From: Clostridia bacterium
GTDB taxonomy: Bacteria; Bacillota; Clostridia; Oscillospirales; CAG-272
DNA length: 64,000 nt
Assembly (NCBI GenBank): GCA_017621755.1
Contig: JAGASL010000025.1
Location: 64,727 to 128,726 of the forward strand
Direction of reading: 5' to 3'
Each line of letters starts with the position of its first letter. Within the stretch, counting starts at the first letter, position 1. The translations under genes were made by a program, and so were the position numbers. The notes below the pieces were generated by a model. That model was not told the DNA's origin. It did no database searches and was given only the letters and a program-made list of their open reading frames with translations. Below, in pieces: positions 55,875 to 64,000 of the stretch.

Positions 55875-56450
55875 TCAGGCGTAAAATTCGATCCCCGTTT
55901 CGGGGCTCATCGCACGAATGCGGGCAAGAGAATCGATCCGAACGCCCTCGGCACGCAGCGCGTCGCCGCCGCCTTGAAAGCCTTTCTCGATCGCAATGGC
56001 ACAGCCGACTAAGGTAGCGCCCGATTGGCGAATAATAGAAAGCAGGCCGGAAAGGGCAGCACCGTGGGCAAGGAAATCGTCAATGATCAGCACGCGATCG
56101 TCAGCCGACAGCATGTCCACCGGAATGATCGCCTCGTAGGTATTGCCGTGGGTAAAGGATTTTACCTCAGCGTGATACATGCTACCAACCTGTGTAGCGG
56201 CACGGCTCTTTTTTGCAAAAACAACGGGCACCTGCATCGGTACGGCTGCCGCCGTAGCAATGGCAATGCCGGATGCTTCAATCGTAACAATCTTCGTAAC
56301 GCCCTCTCCCTCGTACAGGCGGGCGATCTCGCGCCCCATCTCCATAATAAAAGGAATGTCCAGCGTCTGGTTCAAAAAATTGCCGACCTTCAGAATATCG
56401 GCGGAAAGAACAATGGCCTCTTTTTGCAGCTTCTCCTCTAATGCCTTCAT
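55875..56450 (-). CDS. xpt: Xanthine phosphoribosyltransferase
   Basis: Start MKALEEKLQKEAIVL follows AGGAGG. The VLIIDDFLAHGAA PRPP-binding motif is present. Confidence 0.88.
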   Translation of the reverse strand: MKALEEKLQKEAIVLSADILKVGNFLNQTLDIPFIMEMGREIARLYEGEGVTKIVTIEASGIAIATAAAVPMQVPVVFAKKSRAATQVGSMYHAEVKSFTHGNTYEAIIPVDMLSADDRVLIIDDFLAHGAALSGLLSIIRQSGATLVGCAIAIEKGFQGGGDALRAEGVRIDSLARIRAMSPETGIEFYA

Positions 56451-56556
56451 AGGTCCTCCTGCCAAAACGAAAGCCCCCCTTTGCCGAAAAATGAAAAAAT
56501 ATTCGTACAGCACAAGGGGAACAAGACATAATGAAATAATAATATAAGTTAATAAT

Positions 56557-56585
56557 ATTGTAACACATTTTTTGCAAATTGAAAA
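56557..56585 (-). promoter_or_regulatory. Candidate extended -10 promoter of xpt
   Basis: TTTTCA, 17-nt spacer, TACAAT preceded by TGt. Confidence 0.4.
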
Positions 56586-56766
56586 TACCTAAGGCTAAAT
56601 AATGTTTCACAAATTTTTTCAACATTTTTTGTTAAATATGCTGAAAAATATGTAAAAAAAAGGAAAAACATCATATATATGGATGGTTTTGCGAAAGAAA
56701 AAAGAGATTTTGAGTAAAAACTAAAAACAATAACAATTTTTTGCGCTTCCAATCGTTTCAACAAGC

Positions 56767-56814
56767 AAAAAACAACGCGCATACATAGCGTGATAACGCC
56801 ATGCATACGCGCTG
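56767..56814 (-). terminator. Strand-specific terminator of the DUF975-like gene
   Basis: On the minus-strand RNA, cagcgcgtatgcatggcg-ttatca-cgctatgtatgcgcgttg forms about 17 bp including G-U pairs, followed by tttttt. Confidence 0.7.
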
Positions 56815-56831
56815 TATTAATGGTGAGAAAA

Positions 56832-57482
56832 TTATTCCGCAGCAGGGGCCTCTTCAGTAGGGCTCTCTTCGACCTTCTCAGAGGGGAGCTCGTCGCGAAT
56901 AGACTCGTAATAGCTAACGGTGGCAGCGCTCATGTAGGCATCTACCCACAGTATGCCAATGCCAAAGGCCAGGGCGCCAACGATTATCCAGCCGATAAAG
57001 CTCAGCTGCAGCAGGAACAGGCGCATTTTGTGCCCTCTGGTAATGCGAATGCTTTCGTCAAGGCACTGCTTCCAGGTGTATTCGGGATGGTCTGCGCGGA
57101 TGTAGGGAGCCATCGAGTAGGCAAAGCCCTTTACAATGCCGGGAATGATGAACAGAAGGCTCCACAGGAAGGTGAAGATCGCCGTCATCAGGCCGAGCAG
57201 CATATTTTCAACAAAGCCCTCGGTAAAGCCGTTGAACAGCTTGCCCAGCTCGGGCTGTGCGTCAGCGCTGCGCGCCAGAGGCAGCAGGAACAGAGCAAGG
57301 CCAACGGCGAATGCACCAGAGAGAAGAAGCGTGGCAATGGCGCCCACGCCAGGAAAAGCACTGATCGCGGTGGAAATAGCGCCAATGATCAGGCCGGCCA
57401 GAAGAACGTACATCCAGCGGCCGCTGAAGATATGGCCACCAAGGTACTGCCGCGCACGTGCGCGATGCTCAGAAAGTGTCAT
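56832..57482 (-). CDS. DUF975-like integral membrane protein
   Basis: Start MTLSEHRARARQYLGGHIFSGRWMY follows AAGGAGG. Confidence 0.78.
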   Translation of the reverse strand: MTLSEHRARARQYLGGHIFSGRWMYVLLAGLIIGAISTAISAFPGVGAIATLLLSGAFAVGLALFLLPLARSADAQPELGKLFNGFTEGFVENMLLGLMTAIFTFLWSLLFIIPGIVKGFAYSMAPYIRADHPEYTWKQCLDESIRITRGHKMRLFLLQLSFIGWIIVGALAFGIGILWVDAYMSAATVSYYESIRDELPSEKVEESPTEEAPAAE

Positions 57483-57681
57483 AGGGGAATCCTCCTTATA
57501 TAGTTTTGTGAGGATATTATAGCATGAAGAAAAAGGCAAGTCAAGTTGTATTCGAAAAATAGTAAAAATTCTCATTGCAAAAATCGCACAACGCGCATCC
57601 ATTTTGCAGCATTATCGATTGACAACGCAACAAAAAGAATATATAATAATAGTCAAACCCCTCTAAAAGGAGAAGAACAAG

Positions 57682-58293
57682 ATGAGCTTTGAAGAGAAAT
57701 TGCACGGCAGATGCCTTTATCGCTGCACAGATGATAGTATGGCGGCTGCGCAGATGGCCTGTCTTGAGAAGCAGTATGACTATAACCTGACCCGTCCCAG
57801 CGAGGGCGAACGCCGCGCGGCGCTACTGCGCGAGATGTTTGCCGAGGTGGGGGAGGATTGTTATATCGAGCCGCCTCTTCATGCTAACTGGGCTGGTCGG
57901 CACGTGCATTTGGGCCGTAACGTATATGCTAATTTTGGTTTGACCTTGGTAGATGATACCCATATCTACATTGGTGACTATACCATGATCGGGCCGAATG
58001 TTGTGTTGGCAACGGCCGGGCACCCTGTTTTGCCCGCTCTGCGCGAAGAGATATGCCAATATAATATGCCCATTCATATTGGCCGTAATTGCTGGTTAGG
58101 CGCCGGTGTGATCGTGCTGCCTGGTGTCACAATCGGGGATAATACCGTGATCGGCGCCGGCAGCGTTGTCACACGAGATATTCCCGCTAACGTGGTGGCC
58201 GTAGGTAACCCCTGCCGTGTGTTGCGAGAGATCGGCGAGCGGGATCGGGAATATTATTTTCGCGATTTGAAAATGCCGGCGTATATTCTATAA
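57682..58293 (+). CDS. maa: Maltose/galactoside O-acetyltransferase (hexapeptide-repeat family)
   Basis: Left-handed beta-helix hexapeptide repeats (IGRNCWLGAGVIVLPGVTIGDNTVIGAGSVV). Confidence 0.85.
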   Translation: MSFEEKLHGRCLYRCTDDSMAAAQMACLEKQYDYNLTRPSEGERRAALLREMFAEVGEDCYIEPPLHANWAGRHVHLGRNVYANFGLTLVDDTHIYIGDYTMIGPNVVLATAGHPVLPALREEICQYNMPIHIGRNCWLGAGVIVLPGVTIGDNTVIGAGSVVTRDIPANVVAVGNPCRVLREIGERDREYYFRDLKMPAYIL

Positions 58294-58306
58294 AGCAAAA
58301 AATGTA

Positions 58307-58335
58307 TTGACAAATTACCCCACATATAATATAAT
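58307..58335 (+). promoter_or_regulatory. Consensus sigma-A promoter of mgtC
   Basis: TTGACA, 17-nt spacer, TATAAT. Confidence 0.65.
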
Positions 58336-58367
58336 AATATTATATTTTTAATCGGTGGAGGTATGGT

Positions 58368-59060
58368 ATGGAAGAATTGATTCTTTGGATGCAGGGCTTT
58401 TCATTTGGAACGGTTCTTTTGCGCATGGTGTTGGCCACAGTCTTTGGGGCAGCGATCGGAATAGAACGCTCTAAGCACGGGCGCTCTGCCGGTATGCGTA
58501 CCCATATCTTCGTTTCGCTTGGCGCTTCTCTTGCTGCGCTGATGGGCTATTATATGGTCACCATCGGCTACAGCAGCGACCCCGCACGTATCGCCGCTCA
58601 GGTCATTCCCGGCATCGGCTTTCTTGGCGCTGGCATCATCTTGATTCAGAATAAGACCAAGATCGTTGGTCTGACAACGGCTGCCGGGCTTTGGAATACC
58701 GCTGTGATCGGCTTAGCCTGTGGCCTTGGCTTTTATGAGGGGGCAGTCGTTTGCTTTATCATCGCCATAATCGCCAATCTGTTCTTTCCGAAGATTGAGT
58801 ATTGGTTCAGCAAGAATGATGCGCATACGCTCGTGTACATGGAGCTTTCAGAAGCAGCCAACGTCAACCACATCTATGACGTGCTGCGCAGCTCGAATTT
58901 TGGCGAGATCCACCGCATTGATATCGGTGCGCCACGCAGCGGCACCAATGGCCGCATCGGCCTCGTTTTAACGATCACGCTGCCTAAAAAGTCAAACGTT
59001 TATACGCTGGAAAAAACGCTTTGCGAGGTAGAAGGAATATTGTTTGCCGTAGAGCTGTAA
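58368..59060 (+). CDS. mgtC: MgtC/SapB-family membrane protein
   Basis: LRMVLATVFGAAIGIERSKHGRSAGMRTH motif. Confidence 0.85.
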   Translation: MEELILWMQGFSFGTVLLRMVLATVFGAAIGIERSKHGRSAGMRTHIFVSLGASLAALMGYYMVTIGYSSDPARIAAQVIPGIGFLGAGIILIQNKTKIVGLTTAAGLWNTAVIGLACGLGFYEGAVVCFIIAIIANLFFPKIEYWFSKNDAHTLVYMELSEAANVNHIYDVLRSSNFGEIHRIDIGAPRSGTNGRIGLVLTITLPKKSNVYTLEKTLCEVEGILFAVEL

Positions 59061-59067
59061 GTTTGGT

Positions 59068-59113
59068 AATAAAAACCGTGGCAGACTGCAAAAGCAGTCT
59101 GCCACGGTTTTTA
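59068..59113. terminator. Bidirectional terminator
   Basis: aaaaaccgtggcagactgc-aaaa-gcagtctgccacggttttt. Confidence 0.85.
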
Positions 59114-59932
59114 TTACCTTTTGTTCCTTGGGGCTCTCTCTCCGGAGGGAAGATTGCCAATTATTTTCTTGTAGATGCGAGAAAAATAAGAAAGATTTTC
59201 AAAGCCGCAGGAAAGGGCGGCCGTAGATATACTCATGCCCCCCTCAATCAGGCGCTTTGCCTCCTTGCAGCGCGTTTCGTTGATGTGAGAGACCAGCGTT
59301 TGACCTGTCTGCTTTTTGAATTCACGTGATAAGTAACACTTGCTGATCCCGATCTGCCTTGCGATAATGTCCAAATTCAGGTTCTTGTCTAAATTCTCCC
59401 GGATGTAGCGAATAACCTCCTTGATCCGCTCCTGCGTTGCCTTGGTGGTAACAGCGGGCGGTGGCACAGGCTCTAAAAAACGGCGATATAGAAGCAGCAT
59501 CAGCCCCAGCACCGTATGGCGGATGGAGGCAATTCTTGTTTCACCTTGCTCGGCGTAGGCGGAAAGAACAGCCTCGTACTGTGTTGAAAGCTGTACGTCT
59601 TGAATGTGCTCCTTGAAGAACAGGTGCTCGGTGGGGATACCGTTTTCCGCGCAGAAGCGCTGGTCTGGTATCAGGCAATCGTATGCCAGGTGCGTGTCAG
59701 TATACGTGTAGTGTAGTAGGTTCGCGTTAATAACCAGAATATCGCCGGCTACCATGCGGTGCGAGCGCCCTTCACAGAAGAGAGAGCCTTCGCCCTCGCG
59801 ACAATACAGCACCTCTACATTGGCGTGCCAGTTCAGCCAGCACGAGCGGCCGGCGGCAATCACGTCATGGTGAAAGAAGAAGGGAAGCGCCTGGTCTTGA
59901 AAAATGTGCGGCTCATAGATCGGTGACAGCAT
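59114..59932 (-). CDS. AraC-family regulator (cupin + HTH)
   Basis: C-terminal IARQIGISKCYLSREFKKQTGQTLVSHINETR HTH. Confidence 0.85.
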   Translation of the reverse strand: MLSPIYEPHIFQDQALPFFFHHDVIAAGRSCWLNWHANVEVLYCREGEGSLFCEGRSHRMVAGDILVINANLLHYTYTDTHLAYDCLIPDQRFCAENGIPTEHLFFKEHIQDVQLSTQYEAVLSAYAEQGETRIASIRHTVLGLMLLLYRRFLEPVPPPAVTTKATQERIKEVIRYIRENLDKNLNLDIIARQIGISKCYLSREFKKQTGQTLVSHINETRCKEAKRLIEGGMSISTAALSCGFENLSYFSRIYKKIIGNLPSGERAPRNKR

Positions 59933-60052
59933 AAAACCCTCAAAAAAGCAAAATAGTGTTAAAAAAAGGCAAAATAGGCCTTGCTTTTTTCCTGGAATTA
60001 TTGTAACATAAAAGTGTTAGAAAAGCAAGAAAATTTTAAGGAGGTAACTTCC

Positions 60053-60907
60053 ATGTATGCTTTTCCTATTGGTGTGATGTTAGAGTCCTTTGGTCTTGAG
60101 CGCAGTGCCGCTATCAAAAAGGCGGCTGAGATCGGTGCCAAGGGTATTCAGATGTACGCAACCAGCGGTCAGAATTCGCCCGAGAATCTGGATGCCGCTG
60201 CTCGCCGCGCCCTGCTGCGCGAGGTAAAGGATGCCGGCCTGGTATTTTCCGCCCTCTGCGGGGATCTGGGCAAGGGCTTTATCAGCCCTGAGCTGAACCC
60301 TTCCTTGATCGAAAAATCCAAGCGTATCGTTGACCTAGCCTTGGATCTTGAGACAGATATCGTTACCACGCATATCGGTGTAGTACCGGCCGACCCGAGC
60401 CATGATCGCTATAAGATCATGCAGGAGGCCTGCTATGCGCTGGCACAGTATGCTGACAGCGTAGGTGCGCACTTCGCCATTGAAACTGGGCCGGAGCCGG
60501 CTGACGTGCTTTGCCGCTTCTTAGACTCTCTCGGCTCTACCGGCGTGGCCGTCAATCTTGACCCTGCCAACCTGCGTATGGTAACTGGCGATGACCCCGT
60601 TCGTGCCGTGCATACCCTGAAGAAATATATCGTTCACACCCACGCAAAGGACGGCAATATGCTGCTTAAGAGCAACCCTGAGGAGGTCTACCATATCACC
60701 CCCCTGCCGGAGGATATGAAGGATAAGGTCTGCTTTGAGGAGGTGCCGCTTGGCACCGGTAGCGTTGATTTCCCGAACTACCTTCGCGCGCTGGAGGAGA
60801 TCGGCTATCGCGGCTTCCTGACCATCGAGCGTGAGACGGGTGAATGCCCCGAAAACGATATCCGCATTGCCTACGACTTCCTGCAGAAAACGATTCGCGA
60901 GAATTAA
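60053..60907 (+). CDS. Sugar phosphate isomerase/epimerase (xylose-isomerase-like TIM barrel)
   Basis: The ATG at 60053 follows AAGGAGG. The ORF-track start at 59981 is unsupported. Confidence 0.82.
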   Translation: MYAFPIGVMLESFGLERSAAIKKAAEIGAKGIQMYATSGQNSPENLDAAARRALLREVKDAGLVFSALCGDLGKGFISPELNPSLIEKSKRIVDLALDLETDIVTTHIGVVPADPSHDRYKIMQEACYALAQYADSVGAHFAIETGPEPADVLCRFLDSLGSTGVAVNLDPANLRMVTGDDPVRAVHTLKKYIVHTHAKDGNMLLKSNPEEVYHITPLPEDMKDKVCFEEVPLGTGSVDFPNYLRALEEIGYRGFLTIERETGECPENDIRIAYDFLQKTIREN

Positions 60908-60919
60908 GGAGGGGGCCGT

Positions 60920-61792
60920 ATGCAGCTTTCTGTTAGCTCCTATTCCTTTATGCAGTACATCCGTGCTGGGAAAATGACGCAGTTAGATTGCGTGGCAAAG
61001 GCCAAGGAGCTTGGCTTTGCGGCGATTGAGTTTACTGATATCGACGGTGCGCCTGACCTTGCCACGCAGATCGAAAACGCCAAAAGGATCAAGGCAGAGG
61101 CAGATCGCCTTGGCATGACGATCAATGCCTACACCATCGGCGCCAACCTGTATCAGGAGACCGATGATGCGCAGGAAGCCGAGGTTCGGCGCCTGTGCGG
61201 CCAGGTTGACGTGGCAGAGGCGTTAGGCGCCTCTGTTATGCGGCACGATGTGTGCTATTCGCTTGGCAAAAAGGGGAATGCGCGTAGCTTTGATCTTATG
61301 CTGCCTCGCATTGCTGAGGCGGCGCGCCAGGTAACGGCCTACGCGGAAAGCAAGGGAATTCGCACCTGCTCGGAAAACCATGGCTATATTGCGCAGGATA
61401 GCGATCGTGTCGAACGGCTGTTCAACGCCGTAGCGCATGATAATTACGGTCTGCTGGTAGACGTAGGCAACTTTATCTGCGCAGACGAGGATCCTGTTCT
61501 TGCGGTATCCCGTGTGGCCCCCTATGCCATTCATGTGCACGCTAAGGATATGCTGATCCGGGAAGAGCCCATTGGCCCGGTTCGTGCAATGACCCGCGGC
61601 GGCAATTTCTTCTGCGGCTGCGTGGTTGGCGAGGGCGACGTTCCCGTTCGCCGCTGCCTGCGCGTTTTGCAGCGTGCCGGCTATGAGGGTTATATCTCGA
61701 TCGAGTTTGAGGGGCGTGAGGATTGCATAACCGCTATCTCTCGCGGCCGTGAAAACCTGCTTGGCATGCTTGACGAGCTTGGCTGGAAATAA
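60920..61792 (+). CDS. Sugar phosphate isomerase/epimerase (second paralogue)
   Basis: AP-endonuclease-2/xylose-isomerase-like fold pattern. GGAGGG RBS. Confidence 0.82.
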   Translation: MQLSVSSYSFMQYIRAGKMTQLDCVAKAKELGFAAIEFTDIDGAPDLATQIENAKRIKAEADRLGMTINAYTIGANLYQETDDAQEAEVRRLCGQVDVAEALGASVMRHDVCYSLGKKGNARSFDLMLPRIAEAARQVTAYAESKGIRTCSENHGYIAQDSDRVERLFNAVAHDNYGLLVDVGNFICADEDPVLAVSRVAPYAIHVHAKDMLIREEPIGPVRAMTRGGNFFCGCVVGEGDVPVRRCLRVLQRAGYEGYISIEFEGREDCITAISRGRENLLGMLDELGWK

Positions 61793-61802
61793 GAACACAA
61801 AG

Positions 61803-61836
61803 CAGGCGCGAACGCCAATGGCGTTCGCGCCTGTTT
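61803..61836. terminator. Bidirectional terminator
   Basis: caggcgcgaacgcc-aat-ggcgttcgcgcctg followed by ttttt. Confidence 0.8.
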
Positions 61837-64000
61837 TTATATTCTCAAGGTGTAGTGGTATTCACCGCCGGAAACGGTGTAGACCTGCTCACCGACCGTG
61901 ATATCGGCCGTAGTACCGTCAGGAATGCTTACAGAGATCTTGTATCCCTCAGCACAGCGCTCCCAGCCGGATTTGATCCTGCCGTAGGCGGTATCCAGCT
62001 CAGCCCTTGCCCAGGCCAGGCGCGGGTCGGGCACCGGCTTGATGTGAATATGCCGATAGCCGGGCTGCTCCTCATCCGGCCGGATGCCGGCAACCGTGCC
62101 GTAAAGCCAGGAGGCAACCGCGCCATAGGCGTAGTGGTTAAAGGAGTTCATGTCCTTCGACCACATCGAGCCATCCGGCTTTAGCCCATCCCAATGCTCC
62201 CAGATCGTGGTAGCCCCCTTGCGCACCGAATAGAGCCAAGAGGGGAATTCCTTTTGCAGCAGCAGGGAATAGGCAACGTCGGCGTAGCCATTGTCGCTTA
62301 GCGCATCCATCATATAGGCCGTACCGATGAAGCCGGTCTTCAGCTTGTTGCCGTTGCCCTTGACCAGCTCTGCCAGGTGCGCGGCACAGGCTGCCTTGTC
62401 TTGCACCATATCAAATTGCAGGGCAACCACGTAGGCGGTCTGCGTATCACAGGTAAGTAGCCCGTTTGCGGTTACAAATTCACGCATAAAGGCCTCTTTT
62501 ACCTCTTTTAGCCTTGCTTCGTAGGCCGTTACGTCCTCGCCCAGCACCCGCCCTGCCTTGATCACCAGGTTGCAGGAATAGGCAAGAAAGGCGGTAGCCA
62601 GCAGCAGATCGTTCGTTGCGCCGCGATAGGAGCCTTCCTCTGCGTCTAACCCCAGCCAGTCGCCAAACTGATGGCCGCCCCCCCATTCGGCCGGGCTCTT
62701 GCCCTTATTATATACGCAGTCGCACCACTTCTTCATCGAATCAAATTGGTCGGCAAGCAGCCGCTTATCCCCATAGGCGCGATAGATCTCCCACGGGCAA
62801 ACGGTGGCGGCATCGCCCCATGCAAAGGCGCCGCTGGGCGGATCGAAGGCCGGCACGATCCACGGCACGTCACCGTGCGGCCCTTGCTCCAAGGCCAGGT
62901 CGTGCAGCCACTTGCGGAAAAAGCTGTTTACGTTATAGTTGTAGGCCGCCGTGCGGCAAAAGACCTGCGCATCTCCCGTCCAGCCCAGGCGCTCGTCACG
63001 CTGCGGGCAGTCGGTGGGAATGTCCAAAAAGTTACCGCGCTGCCCCCAGATCACGTTTTGGTACAGGCGGTTGACCAGCATATCCGAGCAGGAAAAGAAG
63101 CCGGTTCGCTGCATATCGGAATGAACGACGATAGCGTAAAAATCCCCCACGTACAGCTCGTCTGTCGGGTATTCCGTCAGGCGTACGTAGCGAAAGCCTT
63201 GGAAGGAAAAGACGGGGTGATAGAAGCCGTCCTCCTGCCCGTTTGCTATATACGTGACCTGCGATTTTGCCTTGCGGTAGTTTTCGTTATAAAAATTACC
63301 GTCCTTGTCTAATACCTCGGCATGGTCAAGCAGGATGCGCTCGCCGCGCTTGCCTACCGTGCGGAAGCAAACGTAGCCGGTCACCTCTTGGCCAAAGTCG
63401 ATCACCCGCTCACCCTTCGGTGTGATAAAGATGTTCACAGCAGGGATCACCTCTGTCTGCCGTATCGGCTCGCCCTCTTGCGGTACCAGCACGTCATGGC
63501 GGCAGTCGGCCACTACGGCGCTATGCCACTCAAGCGGCATGACCGTTGCATCAAAGGTCTCGCCGTGATAGATATCGGAATAGCGGATGCCGGACTCGGT
63601 GTATTTCCAGCTTTCATCGGTCACGGTGGTCTCTTGCGTGCCATCCTGGTACAGGATAGTCAGCGCGGCGATGATAGAATTAGGCCCCACCACCGGCTCG
63701 TACGAGCCACGCGAAATCGAGCTGGCATACCACCCCTTACCTAACAGAATGCGGATCTCATTTTCCTCTTGCAGCATGGTGGTTACGTCATAGGTCTGTA
63801 CCTGAATGCGGTGCTTGTAGGCCGTCCAGCCCGGGGTGAAGTACCAATCACCCACTCGCTGGCCGTTGATGTGCGCCTCGTAAAGGCCGCAGGCCGTGAT
63901 CTGCAGGGCAGCAGAAGCCACCGGCTTTTTCGCCGTAACGTGCTTGGCAAATACGGGGCAAGCATCCGCGCTTGGCGTAGCTGTGGTAATAAATTTAGCG
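61837..64000 (-). CDS. Alpha-L-rhamnosidase (GH78). The 5-prime end runs off the window.
   Basis: LYEAHINGQRVGDWYFTPGWTAYKHRIQVQTYDV and the six-hairpin catalytic region (DCPQRDERLGWTGD). The reading frame stays open to position 64000. Confidence 0.85.
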   Translation of the reverse strand, partial: AKFITTATPSADACPVFAKHVTAKKPVASAALQITACGLYEAHINGQRVGDWYFTPGWTAYKHRIQVQTYDVTTMLQEENEIRILLGKGWYASSISRGSYEPVVGPNSIIAALTILYQDGTQETTVTDESWKYTESGIRYSDIYHGETFDATVMPLEWHSAVVADCRHDVLVPQEGEPIRQTEVIPAVNIFITPKGERVIDFGQEVTGYVCFRTVGKRGERILLDHAEVLDKDGNFYNENYRKAKSQVTYIANGQEDGFYHPVFSFQGFRYVRLTEYPTDELYVGDFYAIVVHSDMQRTGFFSCSDMLVNRLYQNVIWGQRGNFLDIPTDCPQRDERLGWTGDAQVFCRTAAYNYNVNSFFRKWLHDLALEQGPHGDVPWIVPAFDPPSGAFAWGDAATVCPWEIYRAYGDKRLLADQFDSMKKWCDCVYNKGKSPAEWGGGHQFGDWLGLDAEEGSYRGATNDLLLATAFLAYSCNLVIKAGRVLGEDVTAYEARLKEVKEAFMREFVTANGLLTCDTQTAYVVALQFDMVQDKAACAAHLAELVKGNGNKLKTGFIGTAYMMDALSDNGYADVAYSLLLQKEFPSWLYSVRKGATTIWEHWDGLKPDGSMWSKDMNSFNHYAYGAVASWLYGTVAGIRPDEEQPGYRHIHIKPVPDPRLAWARAELDTAYGRIKSGWERCAEGYKISVSIPDGTTADITVGEQVYTVSGGEYHYTLRI

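Noticed and set aside
56451-56620. Guanine/purine riboswitch expected upstream of xpt.
   Set aside because: I read both strands. The conserved junction segments (UAUGG, UUUCUACC, CCGUAAA) are absent. Only a covariance-model scan could overturn this.
56549-56806. An 85-aa ORF in the AT-rich intergenic region upstream of xpt.
   Set aside because: It has a Phe/Leu/Lys-rich composition typical of random AT-rich sequence and no RBS. It spans the terminator of the upstream gene.
58294-58367. Mg2+ (M-box) riboswitch upstream of mgtC.
   Set aside because: The consensus promoter leaves a leader of only about 30 nt, which is far too short for an M-box.
1-64000. CRISPR arrays, integrases/transposases, prophage genes, restriction-modification or other canonical defence genes.
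   Set aside because: No spaced direct-repeat array and no ORF with recombinase, nuclease-helicase or methyltransferase motifs was seen. The only mobile-element-like signals are the short repeats near tRNA-Leu.

Overview
This 64-kb window is chromosomal DNA from a moderately GC-rich, spore-forming Firmicute. The Clostridia/Oscillospiraceae-like assignment is inferred from spoIIR, AGGAGG ribosome-binding sites, sigma-A TTGACA/TATAAT promoters and the gene content. I found about 57 credible CDSs and one tRNA-Leu(UAG). There is no rRNA, CRISPR array, integrase or transposase, and no hallmark defence gene.

Main content:
- 6-12681: a tightly packed seven-gene extracellular glycan locus.
- 12808-17097: an aldo/keto reductase with an Fe-S domain, a VOC protein, azlCD and a TPR + nucleotidyltransferase pair.
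- Several glycosidase genes, some next to AraC regulators: GH130/43-like, GH32-like and GH78.
- 19015-20871: a small AT-rich cassette next to tRNA-Leu.
- A 1055-aa beta-helix lipoprotein.
- Housekeeping genes: ung, spoIIR, a 2-hydroxyacid dehydrogenase, an M29 aminopeptidase and asnS.
- A heterodimeric ABC exporter.
- A livJHMGF operon in which livG is frameshifted.
- A PHP / TRIC / radical-SAM / MATE / copA gene string.
- An xpt plus BMP-type nucleoside ABC operon.
- mgtC and a sugar-isomerase/rhamnosidase cluster.

The best candidate for an undescribed system is the first locus. It has a 1107-aa solute-binding protein (SBP) fused to CBM-like modules, two complete permease pairs, an NHL/TPR/Yip1 membrane protein and a 1077-aa DUF5696-like protein. 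It has no ATPase gene.

Other leads are a hairpin-rich repeat with compensatory stem changes, tRNA-Leu 3-prime-end fragments, an internal SD+ATG ahead of a CopZ-like tail in copA, and the livG frameshift.

All family names (DUFxxxx, GH families) come from motif recognition and memory, not from a database search.
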